A stretch of 64,000 bases of DNA from an uncultured Acidobacteriota bacterium (GCA_963796275.1 CAWCKY010000004.1:448001-512000); one strand, 5' to 3'; positions 9,627 through 21,761 are shown, numbered from the stretch's first letter. Made by a program: numbers and translations. Notes: generated by a model not told the origin, from the letters alone.

Positions 9627-10655
9627 ATGTCATTGTCCATATTATCAAGCCTGCGCAGGATGATTGCCGCGCCGGATTTGGCGATCGATATGGGAACCGC
9701 CAATACCCGGCTCTATGCGCTCGGATGTGGGCTAATAGCTGATGAAGCATCATTGATAAAAATCAGGCCTGAGACTGGCGCCGTCGAAGCAGTGGGGAAT
9801 AAGGCCGCACGCCTGTCATTGAAAGACCCTGCCGCACAATCGATTTCCCCTCTCCACGCGGGCGTCGTAGCCGATGTCGACGCGGCGAGTTCATTGCTCA
9901 AACCACTGGTCAAACGGGCCAAGCGATATGGATTGCTCAAACCACGGGCGCTGGCTTGCGCGCCGACCGATGCCTGCGAAGAAGAAAGGGCGGCTCTGGT
10001 CGAAGCGACAACGCGCGCGGGCGCGTCCTCGGTCATGATCGTCCCGGAACCGCTGGCGGCGGCGATCGGCGCAGGTCTCGATATCACGATGCCATATGCC
10101 CAGATGCTGGTCGATATCGGCGATGGCGTCACGGACATTGCTGTCATACGTTCCAGCACCTTGATTACGACCTGTGCATTGCGGACCGCCTGCAGCGATC
10201 TGCATCATGCGGTCTCGCAGATGATCGCTTTTCGCTACGGCGTACTGCTCTTTCCCAACGAGGCCGAGCGCCTGACACATCGAGTCGGCGCGGTGGAAGA
10301 CTTTGAAGAGGATGAGCTATACGTCACATATGGGACTGACCTGCTCACCGGCGGTCCTGTCAGTCTGTGCGTCAGCAACCTCGACGTGATTGAAGCGATC
10401 GAATCGGTGCTCGAAACTATAATAAAAGCCATCCAGGGCACTGTCCGCGATCTTCCGCCCAAGACATCATGCGAAGTGATCGAGAATGGTATCTGCCTGA
10501 CCGGCGGCGGCGCGCAGCTCCGCGGATTGCCATCGAGGCTCTCTCAGGCCACCTCTCTCGACGTTCACACAGCTCCCGACCCGATGCGCGCGGTGATCAA
10601 CGGCGCGAAACAGATGCTCAGTGTCGGGGCCGCAACGAATCTCTGGCGAGCGTGA
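9627..10655 (+). CDS. mreB: MreB/Mbl-like actin-family ATPase (orphan paralog, no mreCD)
   Basis: DLAIDMGTANT, EPLAAAIGAGL, VDIGDGVTDIAVI, GICLTGGGAQLRG. Confidence 0.85.
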   Translation: MSLSILSSLRRMIAAPDLAIDMGTANTRLYALGCGLIADEASLIKIRPETGAVEAVGNKAARLSLKDPAAQSISPLHAGVVADVDAASSLLKPLVKRAKRYGLLKPRALACAPTDACEEERAALVEATTRAGASSVMIVPEPLAAAIGAGLDITMPYAQMLVDIGDGVTDIAVIRSSTLITTCALRTACSDLHHAVSQMIAFRYGVLLFPNEAERLTHRVGAVEDFEEDELYVTYGTDLLTGGPVSLCVSNLDVIEAIESVLETIIKAIQGTVRDLPPKTSCEVIENGICLTGGGAQLRGLPSRLSQATSLDVHTAPDPMRAVINGAKQMLSVGAATNLWRA

Positions 10656-10680
10656 AGTAGAATCTATCTCAATAATTAAG

Positions 10681-10746
10681 AAAATTACAAAAGACACATA
10701 AGATCTCTTTCTTATGTGTCTTTTGTTTTTTTGTGATTTTTGTGGT
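10681..10746. repeat. Intergenic inverted repeat with degenerate 9-mer units (possible terminator)
   Basis: ACAAAAGACACATAAGA / TCTTATGTGTCTTTTGT palindrome followed by T-rich 9-mers. Confidence 0.7.
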
Positions 10747-10789
10747 GAATCCTTCTTTGTTGGATACCTATGTAATAGAATCCTGAACA

Positions 10790-10999
10790 ATGTCGCTGAA
10801 AACCAGACAAAATCCCGATACGGGCGTTCTCGAGGTCTTCGCCAACGATGAATGGGTCAATTTCGAGGACTTTCGTAAACATCAGATCGATGAAGCGTAT
10901 AAAAATTCGATCAAGTTTTTACGTGACAGGCTTGGTGAAGATGCAGTAAATGAACTAACACAAAAACCTGATGAGGCTAACCATGAATCACAGCGTTAA
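10790..10999 (+). CDS. Small hypothetical protein (69 aa)
   Basis: Protein-like composition, overlaps the start of the next gene. Confidence 0.7.
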   Translation: MSLKTRQNPDTGVLEVFANDEWVNFEDFRKHQIDEAYKNSIKFLRDRLGEDAVNELTQKPDEANHESQR

Positions 11000-13001
11000 A
11001 GCAGTTTTTCACGTAGTTCTACTGCACTTAGCGTTTCTGACATTGGCCGGTTTAGCTATGGCTCAATCCGTTCCGGATGAAGATCGGCGTCTTACCGAAA
11101 TCCGCCATCTCGATCTCACCTATACCTTCCCCGAATATCGATCCAAGGAAGAGTGGCTGGAGCGCGCGGATCATCTGCGCAAACAGATATTATTCAGCGC
11201 CGGGTTATGGCCGTTGCCAGAGAAAACCCCGCTCAAACCGGTCATCTTCGGCAAAGTGGACCGCGGGGATCATACGATCGAGAAGGTCTATTTCGAGAGT
11301 CTCCCTGGGTATTACGTCACAGGGAATCTCTATCGTCCTAAAAATACCGCCGGGAAGTTACCCGGTGTGCTTACGCCGCACGGTCATTGGACCTATGGAA
11401 GGTTTGAGAATAGCGAGTTAAATTCCGGCCCCGGCCGTGCCGCCAATTTCGCGCGTCAGGGTTATGTCGCATTCAATTATGATATGGTGGGCTTCGGCGA
11501 CAATACGGCCATCACTCACCGGTTTGCGGATCACAACGTAACGAAGCCCGAAGCGCTCTGGAACGTCACCATGCTCGGTCTTCAGCTATGGAACAGCATG
11601 CGCTCGGTCGACTTCCTCCTCTCCTTACCCGAAGTCGATCCCGAACGAATAGCCTGCACCGGCGAATCAGGCGGAGGGACGCAGACTTTTCTGCTCATGG
11701 CAACCGATGATCGAATCAAATTGGCTGCACCCGTGAATATGATTTCCTTCCATATGCAGGGTGGAAGCCTGTGCGAGAATGCGCCGAACCTGAGGGTTGA
11801 GACAAATAATGTGGAATTCGGCGCGATGATGGCGCCCCGACCGTTGATGCTCGTTTCGGCTACCGGCGATTGGACTAAGAATATGATGAACTCGGAATAT
11901 CCGGCGATACGCAGCATCTATCGCCTCCTGGGTGCGGAGGATAAGGTCACGGCCGTCCAGGTGGATGCGCCGCACAACTACAACCGGGAGAGTCGCGAGG
12001 CAGTCTACGGGTGGTTCGCACATTGGTTTCTCGGGAGGAAAGAGACCAGTCCGATAAAAGAGCCCAACAGCGATGTCACCCCGCTCTCCAACATAATGGT
12101 TTTTTTCAGCCGCGCTCGACCCGATAATGAACTTAATGAAGAACGTCTTGCAACATACTTGATAGAAACGGCTAAAAAACAATACGATAAATCATATCCT
12201 GACGGCGCGAGCGGCCTGGAAAGATTCCGCGAGAAATTCGGCACCGCGCTCAAGTACTCCTTAATGGCCGAGTATCCCGCTGCGGGCAGCATTATCGCCA
12301 GTAAACCTCAGATAAGCCCGCTTAATGAGCAGGGCAAAGGCGGAACGAAGGAGGAATTTTTCATCGCGCGCGCCGGCCGAGGCGAACGCATCCCGATGCA
12401 GTTATGGAAGCAGGCGGAGGCGCAGACCGTAAATTCAATCGTGCTTCTCTTATCGCCCGCCGACACCACAGCCGAACTGACGGAGCTATTGATGAAGAAC
12501 GGCCACACGGTAGCCACTCTGACCAGCTTTCCCGGCGGCAGGAAAATACCGGAAAATATCAAATATTTTACGACTTATAACAAGACCGACGAAGCTCACC
12601 GCGTGCAGGAGATACTGACATCCATCGCGTATCTCAAGAAGATATACGCCGATGCGCGTTTGAGCATAGTGGCTCAAGGCCAGTCCGGGTTGTGGGCGCT
12701 GCTCGCACGCGGGCTCGCGCCCAAGATAGACAGAATGGCAATCGATGCATCGAAGTTCGATACTTCGAGCGACGAAGAATTTTTGAAATACCTGCCGATT
12801 CCGGGCATCCGGCGGGCGGGCGATTTCAAGACCTCGGTTACCATTTCGCCGCTTACACCATTATTGATTCACAATACCGGGGATAAATTCCGCACCTCAG
12901 CGATAGCTGATGCATACAGCAAGTTTGGGCGTACAGCAGATTTCAAGACGCAACAAACCGGTATATCAAATACGTCATTGATATCCTGGCTTACCAAATA
13001 A
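10983..13001 (+). CDS. Secreted alpha/beta hydrolase (acetylxylan esterase-like) with a degenerate second hydrolase domain
   Basis: Signal peptide, IEKVYFESLPG, PHGHW, nucleophile elbow CTGESGGGTQT, APHNYN. Confidence 0.85.
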   Translation: MNHSVKAVFHVVLLHLAFLTLAGLAMAQSVPDEDRRLTEIRHLDLTYTFPEYRSKEEWLERADHLRKQILFSAGLWPLPEKTPLKPVIFGKVDRGDHTIEKVYFESLPGYYVTGNLYRPKNTAGKLPGVLTPHGHWTYGRFENSELNSGPGRAANFARQGYVAFNYDMVGFGDNTAITHRFADHNVTKPEALWNVTMLGLQLWNSMRSVDFLLSLPEVDPERIACTGESGGGTQTFLLMATDDRIKLAAPVNMISFHMQGGSLCENAPNLRVETNNVEFGAMMAPRPLMLVSATGDWTKNMMNSEYPAIRSIYRLLGAEDKVTAVQVDAPHNYNRESREAVYGWFAHWFLGRKETSPIKEPNSDVTPLSNIMVFFSRARPDNELNEERLATYLIETAKKQYDKSYPDGASGLERFREKFGTALKYSLMAEYPAAGSIIASKPQISPLNEQGKGGTKEEFFIARAGRGERIPMQLWKQAEAQTVNSIVLLLSPADTTAELTELLMKNGHTVATLTSFPGGRKIPENIKYFTTYNKTDEAHRVQEILTSIAYLKKIYADARLSIVAQGQSGLWALLARGLAPKIDRMAIDASKFDTSSDEEFLKYLPIPGIRRAGDFKTSVTISPLTPLLIHNTGDKFRTSAIADAYSKFGRTADFKTQQTGISNTSLISWLTK

Positions 13002-13011
13002 AAGGGGATAA

Positions 13012-13284
13012 ATGGCTGAGAGCCAAAACCAAAACCAAAATCCATATTCGCAGACATTAGTTATCGATGCAGACCAATTCACATTTGATACAGTAGAGGA
13101 GCACAATGGAATCGCGACTGTAGTGCGGTTCAAAGTTGAGAACCCGGAAGTCAAGGCAGGCGATGTGCTACTGATACTCGCCGACGCAGAGATACATTTC
13201 CATGGATTGATCGGAAAGATCGAAGATGGGTGGGCGATTGCTTCGGACCGAAAGGGCTCGATGCTGTCTGTGATGATCCACTGA
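13012..13284 (+). CDS. Hypothetical protein (90 aa, beta-rich)
   Basis: AAGGGG RBS, co-oriented with the esterase. Confidence 0.75.
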   Translation: MAESQNQNQNPYSQTLVIDADQFTFDTVEEHNGIATVVRFKVENPEVKAGDVLLILADAEIHFHGLIGKIEDGWAIASDRKGSMLSVMIH

Positions 13285-13361
13285 GTCTGTTTGAGCAAGG
13301 ATTAACGATTCATTTAACGCTAGCCGGGGATGGAGCGAAGCGTAGCTTCGATCTACAGCCT

Positions 13362-14807
13362 TCACATAATCTGTTCAATTACCATCCCGCCAAAATCCGT
13401 CAACCTTTCGTCGCGGCCATTGTGTAGATATGTCAGTCGCATCTGATCGAGGCCTAGCAAATGAAGGATCGTCGCGTGAATGTCACGAGGGTGATAACGC
13501 TCGCCAACGGTACGGAACCCTAATTCATCAGTCTGCCCGATCACCTGTCCGCCTTTTACGCCGCCGCCGGCCATCCACATCGAAAATGCTGTAGGATTGT
13601 GATCTCGCCCTTTACCGTTCTCCGACACCGGTGTTCGACCGAATTCGGTCCCCCAGATGACAAGCGTCGAATCGAGCAAACCCCGTCCCTTTAAATCTTT
13701 GAGCAAGCCGGCGACCGGCCTGTCGGTCCAGCGGCACATCTGTTCGTGATTCGTTTTGACGTTGTCGTGTGCGTCCCATTGCACTTTCACCGGCCCCCCT
13801 CCGGAAAACAATAATACGAAGCGAACGCCGCGTTCTACGAGTCTGCGGGCGAGCAAACACCTCGTTCCGAACTCGACAGTTTGCGGATCGTCGATCCCGT
13901 AAAGCTTCTTCGTTTCTCTGCTCTCGCTGCTCAGATCGACTGCCTCGGGCGCGTGTTGCTGCATGCGGAATGCAAGCTCATAGGAGGCGATGCGGGCCGC
14001 AAATTCGCTGTCATCCTCGCGCAACCCGATTTCATTCATTCTGCGCATGAACTCGAGCATTTGCTTCTGCTGCCCACTGCTGATCTCTTTCTGCGGAGCT
14101 AAATGGAGGATGGGCGTTGAACCGTTGCGCAATTGAGTGCCCTGATAGAAGGCAGGCAGATAACCGGAATCCCACATCGGGACGCCGCCTTCGGGCAGAC
14201 CTTCGGGTTGAGTCATGACACAGAATGCCGGCAGGTTTTCGCTCAAGCTGCCCAGGCCGTAGGTCACCCAACTTCCCAGCGAGGGATGGGAGGGAACCAC
14301 TCGCCCCGACATCATCTGGTACATAGCAGGCGCATGGACAAAACTTTCCGTGTAACACGAGCGCAGCACCGCGATATCATCAATGCATGTCGCTATATTC
14401 GGCAGCAAGTCGGAGACTTCGATTCCCGATTTCCCGTATTTTTTGAACTTCCACGCGCTGCCCATAAGTGGCGTTCCGGCTTTGACGAATTGACTTTTGA
14501 TCTCACCGAAACTCGGCGGCAACTGCTGGCCGTGAAGCTTATCCAACACCGGTTTCGGATCGAACGTCTCCATCTGACTCGGCCCGCCGACCATGAAGAG
14601 CAGAATCACCGATTTGGCCTTGGGGGCGAAATGTGGTTGTTTGGGCGCTAGCGGGTTCTGCAACTTCGACGACTTGTCCCGCTGGATGGCTTGTGCCTCG
14701 CGTGCGAGCAAATATGAGAGCGCGATAGCACCGAAGCCGTTGCCGGCGTGTGAAAGGAAGTCACGGCGCGTGGTGGATATGGGGAGATGGGAATTATCTT
14801 TTTTCAT
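13362..14807 (-). CDS. DUF1501 family protein with Tat-like signal
   Basis: [57 protein letters not shown]. Confidence 0.93.
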   Translation of the reverse strand: MKKDNSHLPISTTRRDFLSHAGNGFGAIALSYLLAREAQAIQRDKSSKLQNPLAPKQPHFAPKAKSVILLFMVGGPSQMETFDPKPVLDKLHGQQLPPSFGEIKSQFVKAGTPLMGSAWKFKKYGKSGIEVSDLLPNIATCIDDIAVLRSCYTESFVHAPAMYQMMSGRVVPSHPSLGSWVTYGLGSLSENLPAFCVMTQPEGLPEGGVPMWDSGYLPAFYQGTQLRNGSTPILHLAPQKEISSGQQKQMLEFMRRMNEIGLREDDSEFAARIASYELAFRMQQHAPEAVDLSSESRETKKLYGIDDPQTVEFGTRCLLARRLVERGVRFVLLFSGGGPVKVQWDAHDNVKTNHEQMCRWTDRPVAGLLKDLKGRGLLDSTLVIWGTEFGRTPVSENGKGRDHNPTAFSMWMAGGGVKGGQVIGQTDELGFRTVGERYHPRDIHATILHLLGLDQMRLTYLHNGRDERLTDFGGMVIEQIM

Positions 14808-15037
14808 AAGCTTCAGTACTCTGGAAACTAAGCTTTTTTCTATTCAGCCTGGTTTACCGGGCTTTCCCGCAGGGCAAATCGTGCTACTGTGTCCAAAATT
14901 CTCGAATTTCCTTGGAAATTCGTATGTGCGATCTGTGTACCCCTTGTTGGATCTGAATATCAGTAAAACTCCTCTCGATTTCCTAAGTAATCGAGAACAT
15001 TTTATGACACAGTAGCAATAGACCAGCCGAATGATGG

Positions 15038-15793
15038 CTACTGCGCCGATGGAATGGTCACCCGCGACAGCGTCGTTGATATGAGGCGGGTTTTATCGAC
15101 CAGCACAATATCGTACGTCTGCCCGGCAACCCCCTTCAGCGAATCCGATACCAGATTGAACTCCCTCTCGCCATTCGTATAGGCTCCGGCGGTGATGTCC
15201 AGCTCGACCTTCTCGCCTCGAAACAGGAGAACACTGTAGTTTCCGCTCCCCTCACGGAAATTGCCGTCGAAAGACAAAAATCCATCGCCGTTGACTCTCC
15301 GCAAACCCCGCAAATTGAAATTGCAATTGTCTACTCGCGACGAGGGCGAATCGAAAATCAGGCAGGTGCGCAAGGTGGCGAGCCGCTGCTTGGTGGATGC
15401 CTGAAAAATACCAACATCGACAGAGTAGAGGCCGGTAGGACTCGCATCGCCGAAATGAAATGATGTATCGAGAACCAGCGATTGATGCTTGCCCATGCTC
15501 TGTAAGACTGGCCCCGGATCCCGTTTGCGAGTGCGCGTCACCTGCTTATGCCCGACCTTTCCATCTTTATCCGTTTCCTCTACCGTTTCTGAATAGGAAT
15601 ACCTCACGACTGTGTAAAAGTGATCAGTGATCGATTCGAGCGCGATTAGCTCAACCTTGATCTGATCGCCCGATTGAAAGACGTTGCCATTGGTCCTGAG
15701 CGCGACATATCCGTTTTGCCACTGGGCTTCCGCAGTGTTCGAGAGCAATATGACTGATAGAAACGTCAGAATAGAAACCAACTTTCGTACCAT
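15038..15793 (-). CDS. Secreted hypothetical protein
   Basis: Sec signal peptide ending AEA-Q; sits within the DUF1553-DUF1501 operon. Confidence 0.8.
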   Translation of the reverse strand: MVRKLVSILTFLSVILLSNTAEAQWQNGYVALRTNGNVFQSGDQIKVELIALESITDHFYTVVRYSYSETVEETDKDGKVGHKQVTRTRKRDPGPVLQSMGKHQSLVLDTSFHFGDASPTGLYSVDVGIFQASTKQRLATLRTCLIFDSPSSRVDNCNFNLRGLRRVNGDGFLSFDGNFREGSGNYSVLLFRGEKVELDITAGAYTNGEREFNLVSDSLKGVAGQTYDIVLVDKTRLISTTLSRVTIPSAQ

Positions 15794-15804
15794 TATTGTC
15801 CCCC

Positions 15805-18120
15805 CTATTTCAGATATACGAATTCATTCAAGTTGAGCGTCGCCAGGCATAAATCAACCCAGGCGGCCGCCCTCGATTTGCTGATAGATATCGGCAAATC
15901 TTTCATCTTCACGATGCTTTCGTCTTTGCGTTGCCGAATCGTTTCGGTTTGATCGCTGAGGAACGACCGGGTGAGGCGTATTTCGGCGAGTTGCGGCTTG
16001 CGACCGAGAACCAACTGATAAAGCCTGCCAATCATCACCCCCTCATCGCCACCCGACTCTTGCAACAGACGATGGGCTAACGAGCGGCTCTGCTGAAACA
16101 TAAAATCACTGTTCATCAACGTAAGCGCTTGCAGCGCATGGATGCTGACGCTGCGCGCGCCGCACGAGCTCATCAGGTCAGGCGAATCGAAGGCGACGAG
16201 CAGCGGCAGCCGCACGTTTCGTTTGCGTATCAGATAGATGGAGCGGCGCGTGTGCTGGCGCGCATCCGGATGCACTGGCCATAGATTGTCCGGTTCGGCC
16301 TCGGTAAAGATAGTGTCATAGACTTCCGGTTCCAGAGGTACCCGGATCGAGGGACCGCCAGTCTGCTCCGTCAGCGTGCCGGCCGCAGCCAGCACCGCAT
16401 CGCGTATCGATTCAGCATCGAGTCTCTGCCTATTCATGCGCCAGAAGAGCCTGTTTTCGGGGTCAATCTTCGCCTTGGTCGAATCAACGGCTGACGACTG
16501 CTGATAAGCATTCGAGAGCACCATCAATTCGTGCATCTGCTTCATGCTCCATGCGCGCGCGACAAACTCTGTCGCCAGCCAATCGAGCAGATCAGGGTGT
16601 GTGGGCTGTTTTCCATTCCGACCAAAATCATTGGGAGTCGCGACGATTCCCCTCCCGAAGTGATAATGCCAGAGCCTGTTCATCATCACCCGCGCGGTCA
16701 GCGGATGTTCCGCACGCGTCAACCAGCGAGCGAAAGCGAGCCGGCGACCCGTGGATTTTACGCCCTCGGGCAACGCCGGTATTTCAACCGGCGGCGCCTC
16801 TTGCGGCAATAAAACGCTTAAAAATCGTGGTGTCACAGCATCGCCGGGCCGGTGCGGATCGCCGCCTTTCAGAATATGCATTGCCGGCACAGGAGCGATC
16901 GCATCGGCGACGCTCAGTGCCTTGGGGAGAGGATCGGGAGCATAAAGTTCGATCGCGTGCATTTGCCGGCGGAGGGCCGCACGTTTTTCACGGTCATCCT
17001 TCGATAGCGCCGGGACCAGCTCGTCCCAGTTGACATCGAGCATTCGCTGCGCATCCTTCGCCAGGCTCTTCTCCTCCTCATTGCGCAGTTTTTCATCCTT
17101 CGCCATTGCACGCGCGTATTGTGGCTCAAGCTTCGCCCGTTTCTCCGCCGTCAAACGATCCTTGTAGGGTTTCTCGATCGCGGCGATCCCATCCTCGATC
17201 GGCTTGAGCTTGGCTTTATGCGTTTTGACCTCGGCGTTGAAGGCTTCCCCCCGCTCTTTTGCCGGCGGTTTGTAATCGTGGTTGTCGGTTGCGGCGAAGA
17301 AGGCCTGGAGGCGATAGAAATCCGCCTGCGGTATCGGATCGAATTTATGATCGTGGCAGCGCGCGCAGCCGACGGTCAACCCCATAATTCCGTTTCCGAC
17401 GCCGAACATCACCTCGGTCAACCATTCCTGGCGATTTATCGCAAGATCCTGATTGCCCGCGACGACGTGTTGCGGCCCGGCGCGTATAAACCCGGTCGCC
17501 ACTCTCAGCTCGAAATCTTCAGGTGCGATCTCGTCGCCGGCGATCTGTTCAAGAATGAAGCGGTCATATGGTTTGTCATGGTTGAACGATTTGACGACGT
17601 AGTCGCGATAACGCCATGCCTGTTCGCGATCGGCGTCGAGCTCGAAGCCATTCGTTTCACCGAAACGCGTGACATCGAGCCAGTGTTGCGCCCAACGTTC
17701 TCCATAACGCGGCGAAGCGAGTAAGCGTTCGACGACCTTGCGATATGCGCCAGGCGATCGGTCGGCGAGGAATGCTCTGATCTCATCGGGCGTTGGCGGC
17801 ATCCCGGTTAAGTCGAATGTCACGCGGCGTAAGAGAGTTTGCTTGTCCGCCCGTGGCGAAGGCGCCAACCCTTCCTTTTCCAGATCGGCAAGGATGAAGG
17901 AATCGATGGGATTGCGAACCCAGGCTTTGAACTTGACTCCAGGTTCGGGCCGGCGGACCGGCGCGCGGAAGGCCCAGTAATTGCGTTGCTCCGCAGTGAG
18001 CGGCTTCGAAGCTGCGCCTGTCTGTACCCTCGTATGTGCCGGTTGGGTGTGGAAAATAAAAATGATCAGCGGAGCGGCGATGAGAGGAATCAGTTTGAAA
18101 CGCTTATGTTTCATATCCAT
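15805..18120 (-). CDS. DUF1549/DUF1553 (PSCyt2/PSD1) domain protein
   Basis: [62 protein letters not shown]. Confidence 0.93.
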   Translation of the reverse strand: MDMKHKRFKLIPLIAAPLIIFIFHTQPAHTRVQTGAASKPLTAEQRNYWAFRAPVRRPEPGVKFKAWVRNPIDSFILADLEKEGLAPSPRADKQTLLRRVTFDLTGMPPTPDEIRAFLADRSPGAYRKVVERLLASPRYGERWAQHWLDVTRFGETNGFELDADREQAWRYRDYVVKSFNHDKPYDRFILEQIAGDEIAPEDFELRVATGFIRAGPQHVVAGNQDLAINRQEWLTEVMFGVGNGIMGLTVGCARCHDHKFDPIPQADFYRLQAFFAATDNHDYKPPAKERGEAFNAEVKTHKAKLKPIEDGIAAIEKPYKDRLTAEKRAKLEPQYARAMAKDEKLRNEEEKSLAKDAQRMLDVNWDELVPALSKDDREKRAALRRQMHAIELYAPDPLPKALSVADAIAPVPAMHILKGGDPHRPGDAVTPRFLSVLLPQEAPPVEIPALPEGVKSTGRRLAFARWLTRAEHPLTARVMMNRLWHYHFGRGIVATPNDFGRNGKQPTHPDLLDWLATEFVARAWSMKQMHELMVLSNAYQQSSAVDSTKAKIDPENRLFWRMNRQRLDAESIRDAVLAAAGTLTEQTGGPSIRVPLEPEVYDTIFTEAEPDNLWPVHPDARQHTRRSIYLIRKRNVRLPLLVAFDSPDLMSSCGARSVSIHALQALTLMNSDFMFQQSRSLAHRLLQESGGDEGVMIGRLYQLVLGRKPQLAEIRLTRSFLSDQTETIRQRKDESIVKMKDLPISISKSRAAAWVDLCLATLNLNEFVYLK

Positions 18121-18257
18121 CAGATGGCAAATGAAAATTGTCAAAACTGCGGTAAGACGAATAATCAGGAGAGATGATAGGCCAGGAGGGGTTCTCTTAT
18201 CAATCGCGGAAGCTTTCGCGGTATTTTTACTTTTGCAGTATTTTTATTCGATATTAC

Positions 18258-18542
18258 TTATTTGAGTACGCTGGATCGCATACATTCGGGGGAGCAGAAG
18301 GTCCGCGCGGATTTCCGTGATGAGACTGAGACAGCATCACGCGACATGACGAAGGCTCCGCACGCGGCGCATTGAACCATCTCCGTATTGGCGACGGCCC
18401 GGCCGCTGACCTCTTCGCGCAGGTTCTGAAAATCCTTGATCGTCCCGCGCAGCCGATGGGAGAGACGCGCTATCGACTTGAAAACGTAGACGATGAAGGC
18501 GAATGCCAGAAGGATCAGAACGCAACGAATGATAAAACTCAA
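18258..18542 (-). CDS. Small membrane protein with C-terminal TRASH-like zinc finger
   Basis: N-terminal TM helix; MVQCAACG...FCSPEC; ATGA/GTGA-type overlap with the upstream gene. Confidence 0.75.
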   Translation of the reverse strand: MSFIIRCVLILLAFAFIVYVFKSIARLSHRLRGTIKDFQNLREEVSGRAVANTEMVQCAACGAFVMSRDAVSVSSRKSARTFCSPECMRSSVLK

Positions 18543-19216
18543 CGATTGCCTCCAGGTGCCTGATCGCGCGGCCCATGATCGAGCGTCGACCTCGAACCCG
18601 GCCCCGATCCCGTATTGGCCCCACCCGAACGCGCGGCGTCCAGATTTCTACGCAATTCGGCCAGCCTCTGCGGTTCCATCCCGCTCGATTCCAGTTCTCG
18701 CAGCAACGTTTCAGCCTCAGGTAGATTCTTCCGCGCTTCCAGATAAAATGAAAGGAGCAGCATTGCGACTGTTGTATTCTTCGGCTCCATTTCACGAGCC
18801 TGCTTGGCCAACCTGATGGCATCATCGACCTTGCCCATATACATATTTACCACTCCGAGCCCCAACAGAGGGCGAGGATCATTTGGTTTGATTTTTCTGG
18901 CCTGCTCCAGGAACGTGGTCGCCTCCTGGAATTGACTTATCTGAATGTATTGGAAGGCGGCATCGAGCTGCGCGTCAACGTCCTCAGGGTTGGCCTTTGC
19001 CTTATCGATGGCTGCACGTACTTGGTTTTGGACTTCCTCCGGCGACATGCGCGGGCCCGTCGAGAATTTATCGGCGGCTTCGACGACGGCGTTATTCTTG
19101 ATCAATCCCTGTTCATGGCGGAACTGAAGATTCGCGATCTTGAAACCGATCGCCAACCCCAGAATCAAGCCGATTATACACAAGGCTACTTTCGTTCTCA
19201 GGAAATCGAAATTCAT
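18539..19216 (-). CDS. Membrane-anchored tetratricopeptide repeat protein
   Basis: N-terminal TM helix; TPR-like helices (KANPEDVDAQL, ARKIKPNDPRPLLGLG). Confidence 0.8.
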   Translation of the reverse strand: MNFDFLRTKVALCIIGLILGLAIGFKIANLQFRHEQGLIKNNAVVEAADKFSTGPRMSPEEVQNQVRAAIDKAKANPEDVDAQLDAAFQYIQISQFQEATTFLEQARKIKPNDPRPLLGLGVVNMYMGKVDDAIRLAKQAREMEPKNTTVAMLLLSFYLEARKNLPEAETLLRELESSGMEPQRLAELRRNLDAARSGGANTGSGPGSRSTLDHGPRDQAPGGNR

Positions 19217-19268
19217 TGTTTAGAGTCTCACAGTTCCCCAATTTGATTTAAAGATGCCGGAGAGTTGC

Positions 19269-19710
<442 letters not shown>

Positions 19711-19727
19711 TGCAACTTCCAGCAAAT

Positions 19728-19736
19728 ATTATAGCA
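19728..19736 (-). promoter_or_regulatory. Extended -10 promoter of rnpB (TGCTATAAT)
   Basis: Consensus match just upstream of the rnpB 5' end. Confidence 0.7.
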
Positions 19737-19823
19737 TGCAGATGGGGAAGCAGCGGCTGGGGAGATACCGGAGTCTGATCATAAAATGAGTTGAATTTTT
19801 TGAAATGCGGTCTGTCAGCAACG

Positions 19824-21761
19824 TCAATTTTTCCCCTGCTTCTGTTTTTTCATTTGCCGTTCGCTGACAATCAACCAGCCGCGCGCATTACGACGCAGAG
19901 TGATCACCCCCCGGGCTTTGCCTTCGACCGGTTTGCGCCCCTTCAGTCGCAACACCCATTCACGATCGAATGTGACGTCGGCTTCCTGCGCTCCGCCCGA
20001 ATTCTTTAGCTGTATCTGCGGTGAATCGGAGAACCGCAGCGTAGAGGAATCGAAACTTTTGAATATTCCCCTTTTTCGCTCTTCCACCTTCGCGCGCTGA
20101 AGCGAGCCGTAGCTGAAGTAATTGATCCGGTCGGCGTAATAGCTCATATGTTTATGCCAATCGCCCCGTGCGGCGGTAGTGGCCCATTCCGTATATACGG
20201 ACCGCACTTCACGTTGTGTACGTTCATCGAGGGTTGACGCCGATCCATCATTTTTCTCCGGGATGGCCGATGAGGCGTTGGCGATGGGTGATGGATTCCC
20301 TTCCCCGGCGGAATGGCCGGACGCCGGCGATGTTCCTGCCACCGAACCGAGACCTTGTCCCGGTTCGCCGCCTCTCCCTGACTGTTTGTCACTCTTTTTA
20401 ACCAGGGCGCTCTGGGCTGCCTCCTCCGATGGGGCGAATGCTTCCGATTGCGTTATCCACTCCTGTCTCAGGTAATATGCGAGCGAGCCGATCATCGCCA
20501 GGGCGATAACTATAAGAGCTAAATAGAATTTCGTCCGCGGCCCCTGCTCGATCAATAGTGACGGTGGCGAAATTTCCCCATCTTCATTCGACGACAGGTT
20601 CAGCAATTGCGCCGGTTTCAATTGCGACAGACTGGGGATCGTTGTGATTGCGGTGAAATCAGGTTCAGAGGCATAACTCTGCTGCGCCATCGCAAATGGC
20701 ATAGTAGGCAATGGGGACAAGTCAGGCAAGGAGGACAGCGAGGTAGCCGGAGGCAGCGAAGGCAGCTGTAATGATTCGCGAACGAGCGTCTGATCCGATT
20801 CGTCAGCTGAATCGTGAAACGCTTTAACCGTACCAACCAGGTGTTCGGAGAGTTGTGCGGCCGATTGAAATCGCTGGTTGGGATTCTTTGCGAGCGCGCG
20901 CAACACCACATTTTCCAATTCCCTGCTCAATCCGGAGCGGAACCTGCTGGGCGGAGCGGGCGGTTCCTGTAAATGTCGCAACAAAACGGTGGAAGTATGC
21001 TGGTCAGCGAATGGCGCGCGCCCGGTCAGCATCTCATACAGGATCACCCCGAGCGAATAAACATCGGAACGCGCATCGACGGCTTGTCCCGTACATTGTT
21101 CGGGGGAGATATAATTCGGAGTTCCGATGATGGTTTGCTCGTCGGTGATCCCCTGTAATGTATGCTCCCGGTCCTTTAATTTGGCGATGCCGAAATCGAG
21201 GACGAGAACACGCTCTACCCCGTCATCGGATGTCTCGATCATGACATTATCGGGCTTGAGATCGCGATGGATGATTCCCAGCCGATGCGCCGCTTCGATG
21301 CCCGCGCAAACCTGAGAAAGAATCATTGCTGCTCGTTCGGGCCTCATCTGACCGTTCCGCGCTGCGTGAGTCTTCATCTCTTCCCGCAGACTGCGACCCT
21401 CGATCAGCTCCATCACCAGGTATGCCCCGCCTTTGGACAGCATCCCGAAGTCGTATACCGCGACGATGTTGGGATGCTTGAGACGAGCAACCGCCCTGGC
21501 CTCGCGGTTAAACCGTTCACGGATTGTAGGGTCGGTGAGAAATTCGGCGCGCAGTATTTTAATGGCTACTGCTCTATCTAATTGAAGATGTGTGGCGCGG
21601 AAGACTGATCCCATTCCACCATGAGCGATCAGCTGCTCCAGCCGATATTTTCCATCTATGACTATCGGGAGAGAGTCATTAGCGCGCGTCGGCGTGTGAT
21701 CGAAAAGACAGAACTCGACGCCATCGCCAAAACAACGATGGCAGGACTGACAGTATCGCAT
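19824..21761 (-). CDS. Hanks-type Ser/Thr protein kinase with N-terminal Cys motif, TM helix and extracytoplasmic C-terminal domain
   Basis: GGMGSVF, VAIKIL, IHRDLKPDN, VLDFGIAK, GTPNYISPEQ, DVYSLG; TM FYLALIVIALAMIGSLAYYL. Confidence 0.95.
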   Translation of the reverse strand: MRYCQSCHRCFGDGVEFCLFDHTPTRANDSLPIVIDGKYRLEQLIAHGGMGSVFRATHLQLDRAVAIKILRAEFLTDPTIRERFNREARAVARLKHPNIVAVYDFGMLSKGGAYLVMELIEGRSLREEMKTHAARNGQMRPERAAMILSQVCAGIEAAHRLGIIHRDLKPDNVMIETSDDGVERVLVLDFGIAKLKDREHTLQGITDEQTIIGTPNYISPEQCTGQAVDARSDVYSLGVILYEMLTGRAPFADQHTSTVLLRHLQEPPAPPSRFRSGLSRELENVVLRALAKNPNQRFQSAAQLSEHLVGTVKAFHDSADESDQTLVRESLQLPSLPPATSLSSLPDLSPLPTMPFAMAQQSYASEPDFTAITTIPSLSQLKPAQLLNLSSNEDGEISPPSLLIEQGPRTKFYLALIVIALAMIGSLAYYLRQEWITQSEAFAPSEEAAQSALVKKSDKQSGRGGEPGQGLGSVAGTSPASGHSAGEGNPSPIANASSAIPEKNDGSASTLDERTQREVRSVYTEWATTAARGDWHKHMSYYADRINYFSYGSLQRAKVEERKRGIFKSFDSSTLRFSDSPQIQLKNSGGAQEADVTFDREWVLRLKGRKPVEGKARGVITLRRNARGWLIVSERQMKKQKQGKN

